Assembly (NCBI GenBank): GCA_963783675.1
Contig: CAWAOU010000001.1
Coordinates: 15,905 to 79,904 of the forward strand
Direction: 5' to 3'
Length of the DNA: 64,000 bases
DNA from: an uncultured Gammaproteobacteria bacterium
GTDB lineage: Bacteria > Pseudomonadota > Gammaproteobacteria > Competibacterales > JAHEDQ01
Shown: in pieces, positions 19,098 to 28,143 of the stretch
How the letters are laid out: each line of letters begins with the position of its first letter
Numbering within the stretch: the first letter of the stretch is position 1
Notes under the pieces: generated by a model
What the model was told of the DNA's origin: nothing
The model's database searches: none
The model's input: the letters and a program-made list of their open reading frames with translations, nothing else
Program-made: the position numbers and the translations under genes

Positions 19098-19289
19098 ATG
19101 CACGATGCCTACTTCTGGATTGCTTTCTTTGGCGCGCCCCTGTTTCTGCTGCTGATAACAGCCTTCGTTTTCAGACCGTCCGCGAGTGAGCGGTACCGCG
19201 AAGCCAAGCATGTCATCTTTGCCGATGCAAAAATGACTCATCCTCGACGTGCATCCGCTGCCTACTCCGATAGGCGGTTTGCGAAATGA
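19098..19289 (+). CDS. Small membrane protein, FixQ/CcoQ-like
   Basis: GAGGAG 8 nt upstream. MHDAYFWIAFFGAPLFLLLITAFVFRPSASERYREAKHVIFAD resembles the cbb3 oxidase subunit CcoQ, but no cco genes are nearby. TTGAAG-19 nt-TATAAT lies at 18990-19020. Confidence 0.35.
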   Translation: MHDAYFWIAFFGAPLFLLLITAFVFRPSASERYREAKHVIFADAKMTHPRRASAAYSDRRFAK

Positions 19290-20223
19290 GGTTCCCGCAC
19301 CTATCGAGAGAGATTGCGTACACGTCGGGGCGGATGGATGTCAGCTATGCGTATGGTTGCCGTGGTTCACCTATGACCGGGCATGAAGTCATCTGATGCT
19401 CCGGCACTGCTGCAGTGCACAACGCAAACGTCATTGCTTTCTCTGAAGCGGGCGATCGCCCAGATGTGGGCTGTTGCCGGAGGATAGCGCAAAATTGATT
19501 CTCTTCGAGAAGGCTCCGCTCGGCGCCGAGTTTATATACTGATTCTGAGTAGATGCGTTTCTGGCTGGCTGTCCCCGCATAGTGCATTGCGGCCGGGAGG
19601 CCGCGAATAACGGCGTTACGCTATTAATCAGGCAACGCCACCTGGTGGCGTGACAGTGCAACTCTGAAAGCTGCAGGCGAAAGCGAGAGTGGGCTAGGGA
19701 AGGTTCGTGCCGAACAGCGGGCCCGCGCCGGATCCCACTTGCCGCCACCGCGCAAAGCAGAATCCTGCTTGTGCCAGTTGAAGCTGGCTCGATCTCGCGA
19801 CATCGAGAACGGTTGACGCCAGATGCGATCGTGAACTTCTCGGGGTTGTAGGGGTAGTTACTCACGACCTCGCTCACGTCACGCTATCGAGAATTCCAGC
19901 AGCGCAATCTGTTGAGGAGACTCTCCGGTTCCACTCGCTTGGCGACTGTCGTACAAGCCCGCTGCGTCCACGCCCACTCTTAGCCGCCGACGGCGCGGAG
20001 AAGACCAAACGGGCCGGCCCCTCGATGTTCGGCGTCATTTCCTCCTCAACTCGGCGTGCTTAGGTCTCGAAGGAGGGCATCATCACGTATGCCCTGGTCT
20101 AGAAACCTGGATGCGGTGGCCACCATCGGGATCTACGGTGCCTTTTCCTTCTTGGCGGTGGAATCTCACCGGGTGGCAGTAGCCCAGAGGAAAAGCGCAA
20201 AGGCGAAAAATGCAGGGGCCAAT

Positions 20224-21668
20224 TCACCCCTTGCTGCCGGCCCGATTATAGACGTCCTCGAACCTCACGATATCGTCTTCACCCAGATAAGAGCCGGACT
20301 GCACCTCGATGATCTCGAGCGGGATGGTGCCCGGGTTTTCCAGTCGGTGGCGCGTACCGATGGGGATGTAGGTAGACTGATTCTCGCTCAGCAGGTATTC
20401 GGTGTCGTCAAGGGTGACCCGCGCGGTACCGCTGACGACGATCCAGTGTTCGGCCCGATGATGATGCATCTGCAGCGACAGCGAGGCACCGGGCTTCACG
20501 GTCAGTCGCTTGACCTGGAAACGTTCGCCCTGGTCCATGCCCTCGAACGAACCCCATGGGCGATGCACCTGGCGATGGAACTCACTTTCGCAGCGCCCCT
20601 GCGCATCGAGTTGCTCGGTAATCCGCTTGACATCCTCGGTGTGATCCTTGTGGGCGACCAGCACCGCGTCCGGCGTCTCGACCACGACCAGGTCCCGCAC
20701 CCCGACCGCGGCGACGATCCGGTGCTGGGCGTGCAGCAGATTGTCGTGGGCATCGAAGGTCATCACGTCGCCGTGACAAGCGTTACCGGCGGCATCGCGC
20801 TCCGACACCTCCCACAGTGCAGCCCAGCCACCGATGTCGGACCAGCCGGCATCGAGCGGGACGACCAGGCATTCGCCGGCCTCGCGCGACAGGGGCTCCA
20901 TGACCGCATAATCGATCGAATCAGCCGGCGAGGCGGCGAACTTCTCTGCGTCGACGCGAAAGAAATCCATGTCGCGCTCGACCGGATGCGTATGCGCTGC
21001 GCACAGCAGCGGCGATATCGGGCCTGAAGCGGTCGATCAGTTCGAGCCATCGCGTGGCGCGCAGCAGGAATATCCCGCTGTTCCAGAAATCGTCCCCGCT
21101 GGCGAGGTAGGACTCGGCGGTCGCACGGTCCGGTTTCTCGACGAACGCGTCCAGCATGAAGCTCTGGGCATCGACCGCGGCACCCGCGCGTATGTAGCCA
21201 AACCCTGTCTGCGGGGCGTCCGGCACGATTCCGAAGGTCACCACCTTGCCCGCCGCCGCATGCTGCAGACCGGCGGCAACGGCGCCCGCAAATGCCTCGA
21301 CATCTTTGACTGCGTGGTCGGCCGGCATCACGATCAGTACCGGGTCGTCGGCTGCGGCATCGAGCGCTGCAAGGGTGAGGGCCGGGCGCTGTGTTGCGCC
21401 CCACCGGCTCGAGCAGGATGTTGCCCGCCGCGTGCCCGCTCGCGCGCAGCTGCTCGGCCACGAGGAACCGATGCGCCTCGTTACAGACGATCAGCGGTGC
21501 GGCGACCCCGGCCATGTCCCGCAGACTGTCGAGGCGCGCCGCCGTCGACTGCAACAGCGAGGCGTCGTCGATCAGGGCCAGGAACTGCTTGGGATAGGCG
21601 CGGCGCGACAATGGCCACAGCCGGGTCCCTGAGCCTCCTGAAAGGATGACGGGCTGGAGTTTGGTCAT
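20224..21668 (-). pseudogene. manC: Mannose-1-phosphate guanylyltransferase / mannose-6-phosphate isomerase, two frameshifts
   Basis: Three pieces in three frames: MTKLQPVILSGGSGTRLWPLSRRAYPKQF...LLEPVGRNTAP (to ~21385); MPADHAVKDVEAFAGAV...FVEKPDRATAESYLASGDFWNSGIFL (20921..21331); MDFFRVDAEKF...SIDYAVME...GWSDIGGW...RPWGSFE...HHHRAEHWIVVSG (20224..20970). Confidence 0.85.
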
Positions 21669-22224
21669 GAGAAGAAACCTGCAACGCTGATCGATCGATG
21701 GTGATTGTACGTTGTCAGAACTGTTCGAGAGAGCCTTGATGTAGACGCATCGGAGCAAGCCCACCATTCAAGACGTCTCTCGCGTAATGCCGATGATCGG
21801 AGTTTAGACCTGGCAGGCGCGTTGAACGCCAATTCAAAGAACAGGTTAAACCTATGCACGACCTTTTCGTTGAGCCGGCAAGAACATATGCGCACAGGGT
21901 ATACCCGGAAGAAGGGGTTATGGCGTCCGGTATTCGTGATTTCGTTCGTCGGATTGGCTGCGCGACCTGACAAGGCCCCGATTGTCCCACGCATGAGGTA
22001 GGCTGTTTGTTTCCCGATCGGGTCCCCGACCTTCCTGGCCAATGCTTGCGGGGACAGGACGTGTTTTTCGTCGCCAGCCCAGCGCAGAGGCGACTACCGA
22101 CAGAGCGGCTGACGAAGGGTGCATCAAGTTCCCGTCTACCTGACCATTCTGCGTGCTCGAAAGGTGTCAGCCAAGGGCGTATTCTGTTGCACACGCGTTT
22201 GCGTTTCAGGAGACACCTTATTCG

Positions 22225-23214
22225 ATGGACGCCAAGACGTTGGGCCGCTTGCAAGAGCGGTTGCCAGAGGCGCATCTAAGCAGCCGCCTGATGCGTCAGA
22301 CCGAGCATGTTGTCATGCGGTTTGATGTTCGCACCATCAGGGTGTTTCGATTTTACTGGGAAAACTTCGACCTGATGCCGAAAGTTCTTGGAGTGGTTCT
22401 AAGCATGACCGGGTTGATGGGGTGGGCTCGCGCTAACACACTGCGCTACCGCCTACTGGAGTTTGAAATTCCCATTGAGGGTCTTCCGCAGTCCTTCGAT
22501 GGCTATCGAATCCTGCATCTATCGGACCTTCACATCGATGAGATCCGCGACGGCGGCGAACTTCTGTGCCACACCGTCGCAGGGCTGGAGTACGATCTGT
22601 GCGTGATCACGGGCGATTATCGTTTCGACACCTCCGGTGTCTTTGACGAGACGGTGCAACGCATGTCCCGGCTGATGGAGGTACTGAAGTGTCCCGATGG
22701 GGTCGTGGGTATCTTGGGCAACCATGACTTCATAGAAATGGTTCCCCATTTGGAAGGCCTGGGCATGAAAATGCTGCTCAATGAGTCGCTTGCCATCGAG
22801 CGCGGCGAACACCGAATCTGGCTCGTTGGGCTAGACGATGCGCATTATTACGAGGTTGCCGATCTTGCACGGGCCATGGCCGACGTGGATGCATCAGAGC
22901 CGGTGCTGTTGCTGGTTCACTCACCGGAGGTAACAGAACAGGCGGAAGCGTCCGGCATAGACCTTTATCTCTGTGGCCATACCCATGGCGGCCAGGTCTG
23001 CCTTCCCGGTGGGATACCAATCATCGGCAATGCCCGATGTCCCCGGGATAAGTTGTCGGGCCGTTGGCGTCATGGGCGCATGCAGGGTTACACCCATCGG
23101 GGAACCGGCGCTTCGGGGCTGCCGGTACGGATCAACTGCCCACCGGACATCACGCTTCACCGCTTGATACCATCGCCCCGGCCAATTGCCGTAAAGCCTG
23201 GAGGAGGGGGGTAG
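22225..23214 (+). CDS. Membrane-anchored metallophosphoesterase (YkuE-like)
   Basis: YRILHLSDLHIDE...VITGDYRF...GNHDF...LLVHSPE...CGHTHGGQV. Start uncertain (22225, 22291 or 22315). Confidence 0.8.
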   Translation: MDAKTLGRLQERLPEAHLSSRLMRQTEHVVMRFDVRTIRVFRFYWENFDLMPKVLGVVLSMTGLMGWARANTLRYRLLEFEIPIEGLPQSFDGYRILHLSDLHIDEIRDGGELLCHTVAGLEYDLCVITGDYRFDTSGVFDETVQRMSRLMEVLKCPDGVVGILGNHDFIEMVPHLEGLGMKMLLNESLAIERGEHRIWLVGLDDAHYYEVADLARAMADVDASEPVLLLVHSPEVTEQAEASGIDLYLCGHTHGGQVCLPGGIPIIGNARCPRDKLSGRWRHGRMQGYTHRGTGASGLPVRINCPPDITLHRLIPSPRPIAVKPGGGG

Positions 23215-23335
23215 TTCCGTTGGATCCATAGAGCCCATCTCCTTCGGTGAGGTCGCAAAATGCGTTGCATTCTGCGAGGCAAGATAGGGAGAAGGAGACC
23301 CCCAAGGGCGGTTTCTAATACCGCTAGCTTTCGAA

Positions 23336-23362
23336 GAACATTGCAGGCCCGAACATTGCAGG
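23336..23362 (+). promoter_or_regulatory. Direct repeat GAACATTGCAGG x2 (3-bp spacer) abutting the SD of the first EPS gene
   Basis: GAACATTGCAGG ccc GAACATTGCAGG tcc AGGA ttt ATG. Two perfect 12-mers end 10 nt before ATG 23373. Confidence 0.3.
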
Positions 23363-23372
23363 TCCAGGATTT

Positions 23373-24731
23373 ATGGCAAAGCCTCCACTAGAAATTCCCG
23401 GTCCGTTGGGCGCTTCGCGGAAGAGCCGCTGGCTCGCGGGCTTTCGGCGACGATCCCATCCTACGCTCGCGTTGCTCGGAGAGCTTGTGCCCCGCGTTTT
23501 CGATGTTGTCGCGAGCGCTTCGCTGCTTGTGCTTCTATCGCCGCTGTTGGTGACGCTGGCGTTGCGGAGTCGGCATCAGGCGGGTTCTGCGTTAGCGGGA
23601 AACAGGCTGGTCGGCCGGTATCAGATTCCTTTCCGCCGCCTCTCGTTCGCCGGAAACGGGCGATTTCGCGATCTCGCGGTATGGTTGAACGTATTTCGGG
23701 GCGACATGGCCATTGTTGGTCCTCGACCGCTGACTGCAGAAGACGCTGCCGCCGTTCCGGTCGAAGATTTGGTGCGGTTCACGGTCCGGCCGGGCTTGAT
23801 TTCGCCGTTCCGAATCCGAAGCCGCATCGGAATGGCTCATGAACGCGAGTCGGCGATGGATCGGGACCTGGTTTACAGTCAGACGGTCAAGGGTGACCTG
23901 GGGCTTGCGGCGCGATCGATGGTGTCTAGCGTCCTTGGCGGAGGCGGTACTCCGAGGGAAATGCCTCCGATTCTCAACTTCTTCGGAATACCCGTGGTCA
24001 ACACGACCATGAACGAGGCCGTGGACTGGGTTGTCACCAATGCAGCGGGTACGGGAAAAAAACTGATGGCCTTCGTCAATCCGGACTGCCTCAATATTGC
24101 CTGGAAGAACATGGATTACCGTAACATTCTGACCCAGGCGGATCGTGTCTTGCCGGATGGGATCGGCGTCCACCTCGGTTGCCGTATGCTCGGTCAAGCA
24201 TTGCAAGCGAACGTGAACGGGACAGATATGTTTCCCTTACTGTGTGAGGCGGCAGCACGCGCACGGCTTCCAATCTATCTGCTCGGTGCACGGCCCGGCA
24301 TTGCCCAGGCCGCGGCGGACAATATGGTCAAACGCTTTCCCGAGCTGAAGGTCGCGGGCGCGAGAGACGGCTATTTTCGACCCGAGGAAGAAGAAGCCGT
24401 GGTTGACGCGATAAACGATTCGGGGGCACGGATCCTGCTTACAGCCTTCGGTGCACCCCGTCAGGAGCTTTGGTTAGGACGCTGGCGGGATCGACTGGTG
24501 CCGCCGGTCACCATGGGCGTCGGCGGGCTGTTCGATTTCTACTCTGGGCGCATCGCGCGCGCACCGGTATGGATGCGGGAGATGGGGCTGGAGTGGGTTT
24601 TCCGGTTGATGCAAGAACCCGGTCGCATGTGGCGGCGCTACGTGATAGGCAACCCCCTCTTTCTATTCCGCGTGCGGCGGCAGGCGAAGCACCCGGAGCG
24701 GTTTGCTTTGCCAAAGGGTTCGGGCGGTTAG
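23373..24731 (+). CDS. Fusion: degenerate sugar-transferase (PGT-like) domain plus WecB/TagA/CpsF glycosyltransferase
   Basis: The N-terminus RVFDVVASASLLVLLSPLLV...RDLAVWLNVFRGDMAIVGPRPL is PGT-like with DE replaced by DL. The C-terminus FGIPVVNTTMNEAVDWV...FVNPDCLNIA...LPDGIGV...YLLGARPG...TAFGAPRQELW...GVGGLFDFYSG matches WecB/TagA/CpsF. Confidence 0.75.
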   Translation: MAKPPLEIPGPLGASRKSRWLAGFRRRSHPTLALLGELVPRVFDVVASASLLVLLSPLLVTLALRSRHQAGSALAGNRLVGRYQIPFRRLSFAGNGRFRDLAVWLNVFRGDMAIVGPRPLTAEDAAAVPVEDLVRFTVRPGLISPFRIRSRIGMAHERESAMDRDLVYSQTVKGDLGLAARSMVSSVLGGGGTPREMPPILNFFGIPVVNTTMNEAVDWVVTNAAGTGKKLMAFVNPDCLNIAWKNMDYRNILTQADRVLPDGIGVHLGCRMLGQALQANVNGTDMFPLLCEAAARARLPIYLLGARPGIAQAAADNMVKRFPELKVAGARDGYFRPEEEEAVVDAINDSGARILLTAFGAPRQELWLGRWRDRLVPPVTMGVGGLFDFYSGRIARAPVWMREMGLEWVFRLMQEPGRMWRRYVIGNPLFLFRVRRQAKHPERFALPKGSGG

Positions 24732-24778
24732 TCTCTTTTTCCCATTCATTCGCAGATTACAGGATCGTTCGACGTGGA

Positions 24779-25513
24779 ATGAAAGAACAGACCCACGAGC
24801 AAAAAATGCGCGAGCTTCTGCTGGAGCGCTACGGCAGCATCGGTCAGTCGACGTTCAAGCACCGGTTGCGCTTCTATTTGAAGCGAGCCGGATGGGTGGG
24901 TGTCGTGAAAGGGGCCTATCTGGTCAAGCGGGTATTCGATATAGTCGTCGCCGCCATTCTTCTGGTACTCCTTTTTCCCGTGTTCCTGACCGTGGGTATC
25001 GCCATCCGGTTGGAGGATCCCGGGCCTATCCTCTTCAAACAGAAGCGAGTGGGACGCTGGGGTACGCTGTTCACCATGTGGAAGTTTCGTTCCATGTACA
25101 CCGATGCGGAGGAGCGAAAGACGGAGATCATGGCGCAAAACGAAATGGAAGGGGGGGTCACTTTCAAGATGAAGGATGACCCGCGGGTAACCAAGGTGGG
25201 TCGCATTATCCGGAAGACGTCCATCGATGAATTGCCGCAGCTGTGGAACGTGGTGAAGGGCGACATGTCCTTAGTGGGGCCGCGGCCCCCGGTTCCGCAG
25301 GAGGTGGACGAGTATTCTTTGTCCGATCGCCGACGCCTTGAGGTGATCCCTGGGATTACCTGTATCTGGCAAGTGTCTGGCCGCTCCGACATACCGTTCG
25401 ACCAGCAGGTAGAGCTCGACGTGCAGTACATCCAGTCTCAGTCCTTCTGGACCGACATCAAGATTTTGTTGAAGACGGTCCCCGCCCTATTGTTTGGCAC
25501 CGGAGCCTATTAA
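24779..25513 (+). CDS. Polyprenyl-phosphate glycosyl-1-phosphate transferase (WbaP/EpsB C-terminal type), canonical
   Basis: RVFDIVVAAILLVLLFPVFL...GPILFKQKRVGRWGTLFTMWKFRSMY...DPRVTKVGRIIRKTSIDELPQLWNVVKGDMSLVGPRPP. Confidence 0.9.
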   Translation: MKEQTHEQKMRELLLERYGSIGQSTFKHRLRFYLKRAGWVGVVKGAYLVKRVFDIVVAAILLVLLFPVFLTVGIAIRLEDPGPILFKQKRVGRWGTLFTMWKFRSMYTDAEERKTEIMAQNEMEGGVTFKMKDDPRVTKVGRIIRKTSIDELPQLWNVVKGDMSLVGPRPPVPQEVDEYSLSDRRRLEVIPGITCIWQVSGRSDIPFDQQVELDVQYIQSQSFWTDIKILLKTVPALLFGTGAY

Positions 25514-25528
25514 GGGAGCAAAGAGCGC

Positions 25529-26995
25529 ATGCGCGCACTCGTATTTGCAGATCGCTTGGGCGCCGAGCTCGAGCCCCTCACGGAAAAGTTGGCCGTACCT
25601 CTTCTTCCGGTTGCCGGAAAGGAGCTGCTGGTATACACGATCGAGGAGCTGGTGGGTGCCGGTGTCCGCGATTTGGTGGTCGTCGCGTCGAGCCGTAGCG
25701 AGCAGTCCGGCGCGAGCGTCCTCGGAGATGGTCAACGCTGGGGGGCGAGCATCCGCTATGTGCTCAGCCGTGGCGAGGAGCCCCCATCAGCCGTTTGGCC
25801 GCGTCTGAACCTGGTGGATGCCGAAGCCGTGCTGGTGTTACGCGGCGACGTGCTGCGCTCTCCCACAACAAGGGAGTTCCTGGATCAGGCCCAAAGCAAG
25901 ACGGGTACCGCCGTATTCTGCGCAGTGGGAAAAGATCCCCGCGGTGCGCTGTTCCTCCTGCGCCCAGGATGCCCCGAGCCCGGCGAGTTGATCGATAGCC
26001 TGCGTTGGGACAAGCCCAAGCCTCTCCCAACCGCGGGCGGTTGTTTTGTTGCTGACGCTAGTCTGGACTGTATCGAGGATCTTCCGGCCTTCCACAGGAC
26101 CAATCTTGATCTGGTCGCTGGGCGATTTCCGGGTTTGGGCGTTGCTGGGCGTAGCGTCGCGTTGGGTCTCTACGCTGGCAGAAGGGCCACGGTCTCCCCG
26201 AAGAGCCTAAAGAAGGGGGTGGCTTACGTCGGTGCCAACAGCCGCATTCACCCGGAAGCGGAGCTGCTTGGAGAGGTGGTGATCGGCGACGACGTGGTCG
26301 TCGACCGTGCCGCTACGGTTCGCGACAGTGTGATCCTGCCCCGCACCTATGTGGGTGAGTTGGTGGAAGTCGGTAACGCGATCGTCGTTAGCAACCAACT
26401 CATACGAGTAGACACCGGCGCGATACTCAAGATCAGCGATGCCTTTCTCCTTGGCAACTTGGGCATGACCGCAGAACGTCCGCGGGTTTCGCGCTGGGAT
26501 CGTCTGGCTGGAGGATTGCTGCTAGTGTTGTCGCTGCCCCTCTGGCCGATCGCTGCCGCTGCGGCTGCTCTTTCCGGCGGAGGAGCGCTGATGGTGAGCC
26601 ACGAGTTCGTCGGCAACCGTTCACCCCTTCCTGTCGGGGATGCCGTCGCTAACGGATCTATCGCGAAACACTGGAACACCGACATTCCGGTACTGCGTAA
26701 CCTACCCGGGCTGCTTGCCGTGATTCGGGGAGACCTGCGTCTCGTCGGTGTTTCCCCGCTGACGCCCGAACAATCGGCGGCCCGGACCGAGGACTGGGAG
26801 ATGGTGCGCGATCAAGCACCCGTGGGCCTTCTGGGACCCACCCAGCTCAATCTAAAGGAAGACTCCCCGCTGGAAGAACGCCTGTTGAGCGACGCCTTCT
26901 ACGCCCGGGAGCAGAGCTGGAGAAAGGACATGGGATACCTGCTGAGCGGTCTGAAGATGCTGTTCAGTGGGGAAAGTTGGCGCCGGAATCGTTGA
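25529..26995 (+). CDS. Fusion: NTP-transferase-like N-terminus, left-handed beta-helix repeats, degenerate PGT-like C-terminus
   Basis: The N-terminus is MRALVFADRLGAELEPLTEKLAVPLLPVAGKELLVYTIEELVGAGVRDLVVV. Hexapeptide-like repeats sit near ...GEVVIGDDVVVDRAATVRDSVILPRTYVGELVEVGNAIV. The C-terminus LRNLPGLLAVIRGDLRLVGVSPL has DE replaced by RN. Confidence 0.65.
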   Translation: MRALVFADRLGAELEPLTEKLAVPLLPVAGKELLVYTIEELVGAGVRDLVVVASSRSEQSGASVLGDGQRWGASIRYVLSRGEEPPSAVWPRLNLVDAEAVLVLRGDVLRSPTTREFLDQAQSKTGTAVFCAVGKDPRGALFLLRPGCPEPGELIDSLRWDKPKPLPTAGGCFVADASLDCIEDLPAFHRTNLDLVAGRFPGLGVAGRSVALGLYAGRRATVSPKSLKKGVAYVGANSRIHPEAELLGEVVIGDDVVVDRAATVRDSVILPRTYVGELVEVGNAIVVSNQLIRVDTGAILKISDAFLLGNLGMTAERPRVSRWDRLAGGLLLVLSLPLWPIAAAAAALSGGGALMVSHEFVGNRSPLPVGDAVANGSIAKHWNTDIPVLRNLPGLLAVIRGDLRLVGVSPLTPEQSAARTEDWEMVRDQAPVGLLGPTQLNLKEDSPLEERLLSDAFYAREQSWRKDMGYLLSGLKMLFSGESWRRNR

Positions 26996-27237
26996 TTCCG
27001 GTGGCCAAAGTGCGGCGAGTTGAGAGACCGCGGATTAGCTTGCGGGCTTCCTCGCCGACCTGCCTGGTGTCGTCCAGCCCATGGGCAGGGAGCAAAAGGA
27101 TGCACTGGCCACGCATTGCTTGGCGAATGAAGTCGTGGCACCACCGCCGCCATACCACCAGACGGTCGGGGCAGAGGGCCGAATCCGTTCGTCTCAGAAG
27201 GCGCTCAGCGTAAACGACGACAAACTCGAGGAAATGG

Positions 27238-28143
27238 ATGGATACAGAAGTCGATCGACCGGAAGAGAGTGCGTATCTGCCCAGGGTGGCGATAGCCATG
27301 CGCTCCTACAACGACCGGGGCGTCATTCGGGGGACGCTGGAGATGATCCGTCGGCAAACCTACCCGAACTTCGAGCTATGGAATTTCGACTCTTCCTCCA
27401 CAGACGGCACCTTTGAGATCATTCAGGAGTACAACGATGCCGAGCGCATACGCCAGAACGATTCGGCCAAGTACAATCCGGGCACGGTGCTAAACGACGC
27501 GGTGCGCACGGTGGGTGGCGATGTCGTCGTCTTCATCAATTCCGACGCCACACCCGAGAGCGAGGTCTGGCTGGAAAAACTTATTGCTCCCCTGGCGGAA
27601 TCCCGGGTAGGTGCCGTGTACGGTCGCCAAACCGCTCGGCCGGATTGTCGCGCCCTGTTCGTCAAGGACACCGAGCGGGCGTTTGGCGATGGCCGCGAGG
27701 CCGCCAAGTGGGTGCATTTCTTTTCAATGGCCAATGCCGCCGCCCGCCGCGATGTCCTCGAGCGCTTCCCGTTCGAGACCAGGGTCCAGTACTCCGAGGA
27801 CATCGAATGGTCCTTCCGCCTGCGCAAGGCGGGCCTGGAGATCCGTTACGTGGCGGACGCCGCCGCGACCCACTCTCACAATTACACGCTGCGCCAGTCA
27901 TACAAGCGCCAGTTTGGCGAGGGCAAGGCGGAGGCCTGGATCTTCCGCGACGGCGAGCTCAACACATCTTTTCTCCGATATTGCCTTCTTCCCTTCGGAA
28001 TGGAGGTTGTGCGGGACCTGGGCTGGGTTGTGAAAAAGGGCTCCCTCGACGCGCTCGTCCACACGATTCCCTTGCGCGCCGTCCAAAAATGGGGCCGCTG
28101 GCGCGGACTGATCGAGGGGCGGAAGACCTATGGCGCTGCCTGA
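27238..28143 (+). CDS. Family 2 glycosyltransferase
   Basis: VAIAMRSYNDRGVIRGTLEMIRRQTYPNFELWNFDSSSTDGT...VVVFINSDATP... Confidence 0.8.
   Translation: MDTEVDRPEESAYLPRVAIAMRSYNDRGVIRGTLEMIRRQTYPNFELWNFDSSSTDGTFEIIQEYNDAERIRQNDSAKYNPGTVLNDAVRTVGGDVVVFINSDATPESEVWLEKLIAPLAESRVGAVYGRQTARPDCRALFVKDTERAFGDGREAAKWVHFFSMANAAARRDVLERFPFETRVQYSEDIEWSFRLRKAGLEIRYVADAAATHSHNYTLRQSYKRQFGEGKAEAWIFRDGELNTSFLRYCLLPFGMEVVRDLGWVVKKGSLDALVHTIPLRAVQKWGRWRGLIEGRKTYGAA

Noticed and set aside
19431-19877. 148-aa minus-strand ORF in the unassigned stretch.
   Set aside because: It has no motifs, odd composition and no SD at its start. It is treated as noncoding or decayed.
23215-23372. Search for c-di-GMP or other riboswitch-like leaders upstream of EPS operons (23215-23372, 41199-41737, 57452-57631).
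   Set aside because: I could not recognise GEMM or other conserved riboswitch cores by eye. This needs an Infernal/Rfam scan, so no call is made.
26964-27299. 111-aa minus-strand ORF spanning the 240-bp gap before the GT2 gene.
   Set aside because: It overlaps the ends of two plus-strand genes and has no recognisable domain. It is most likely spurious.
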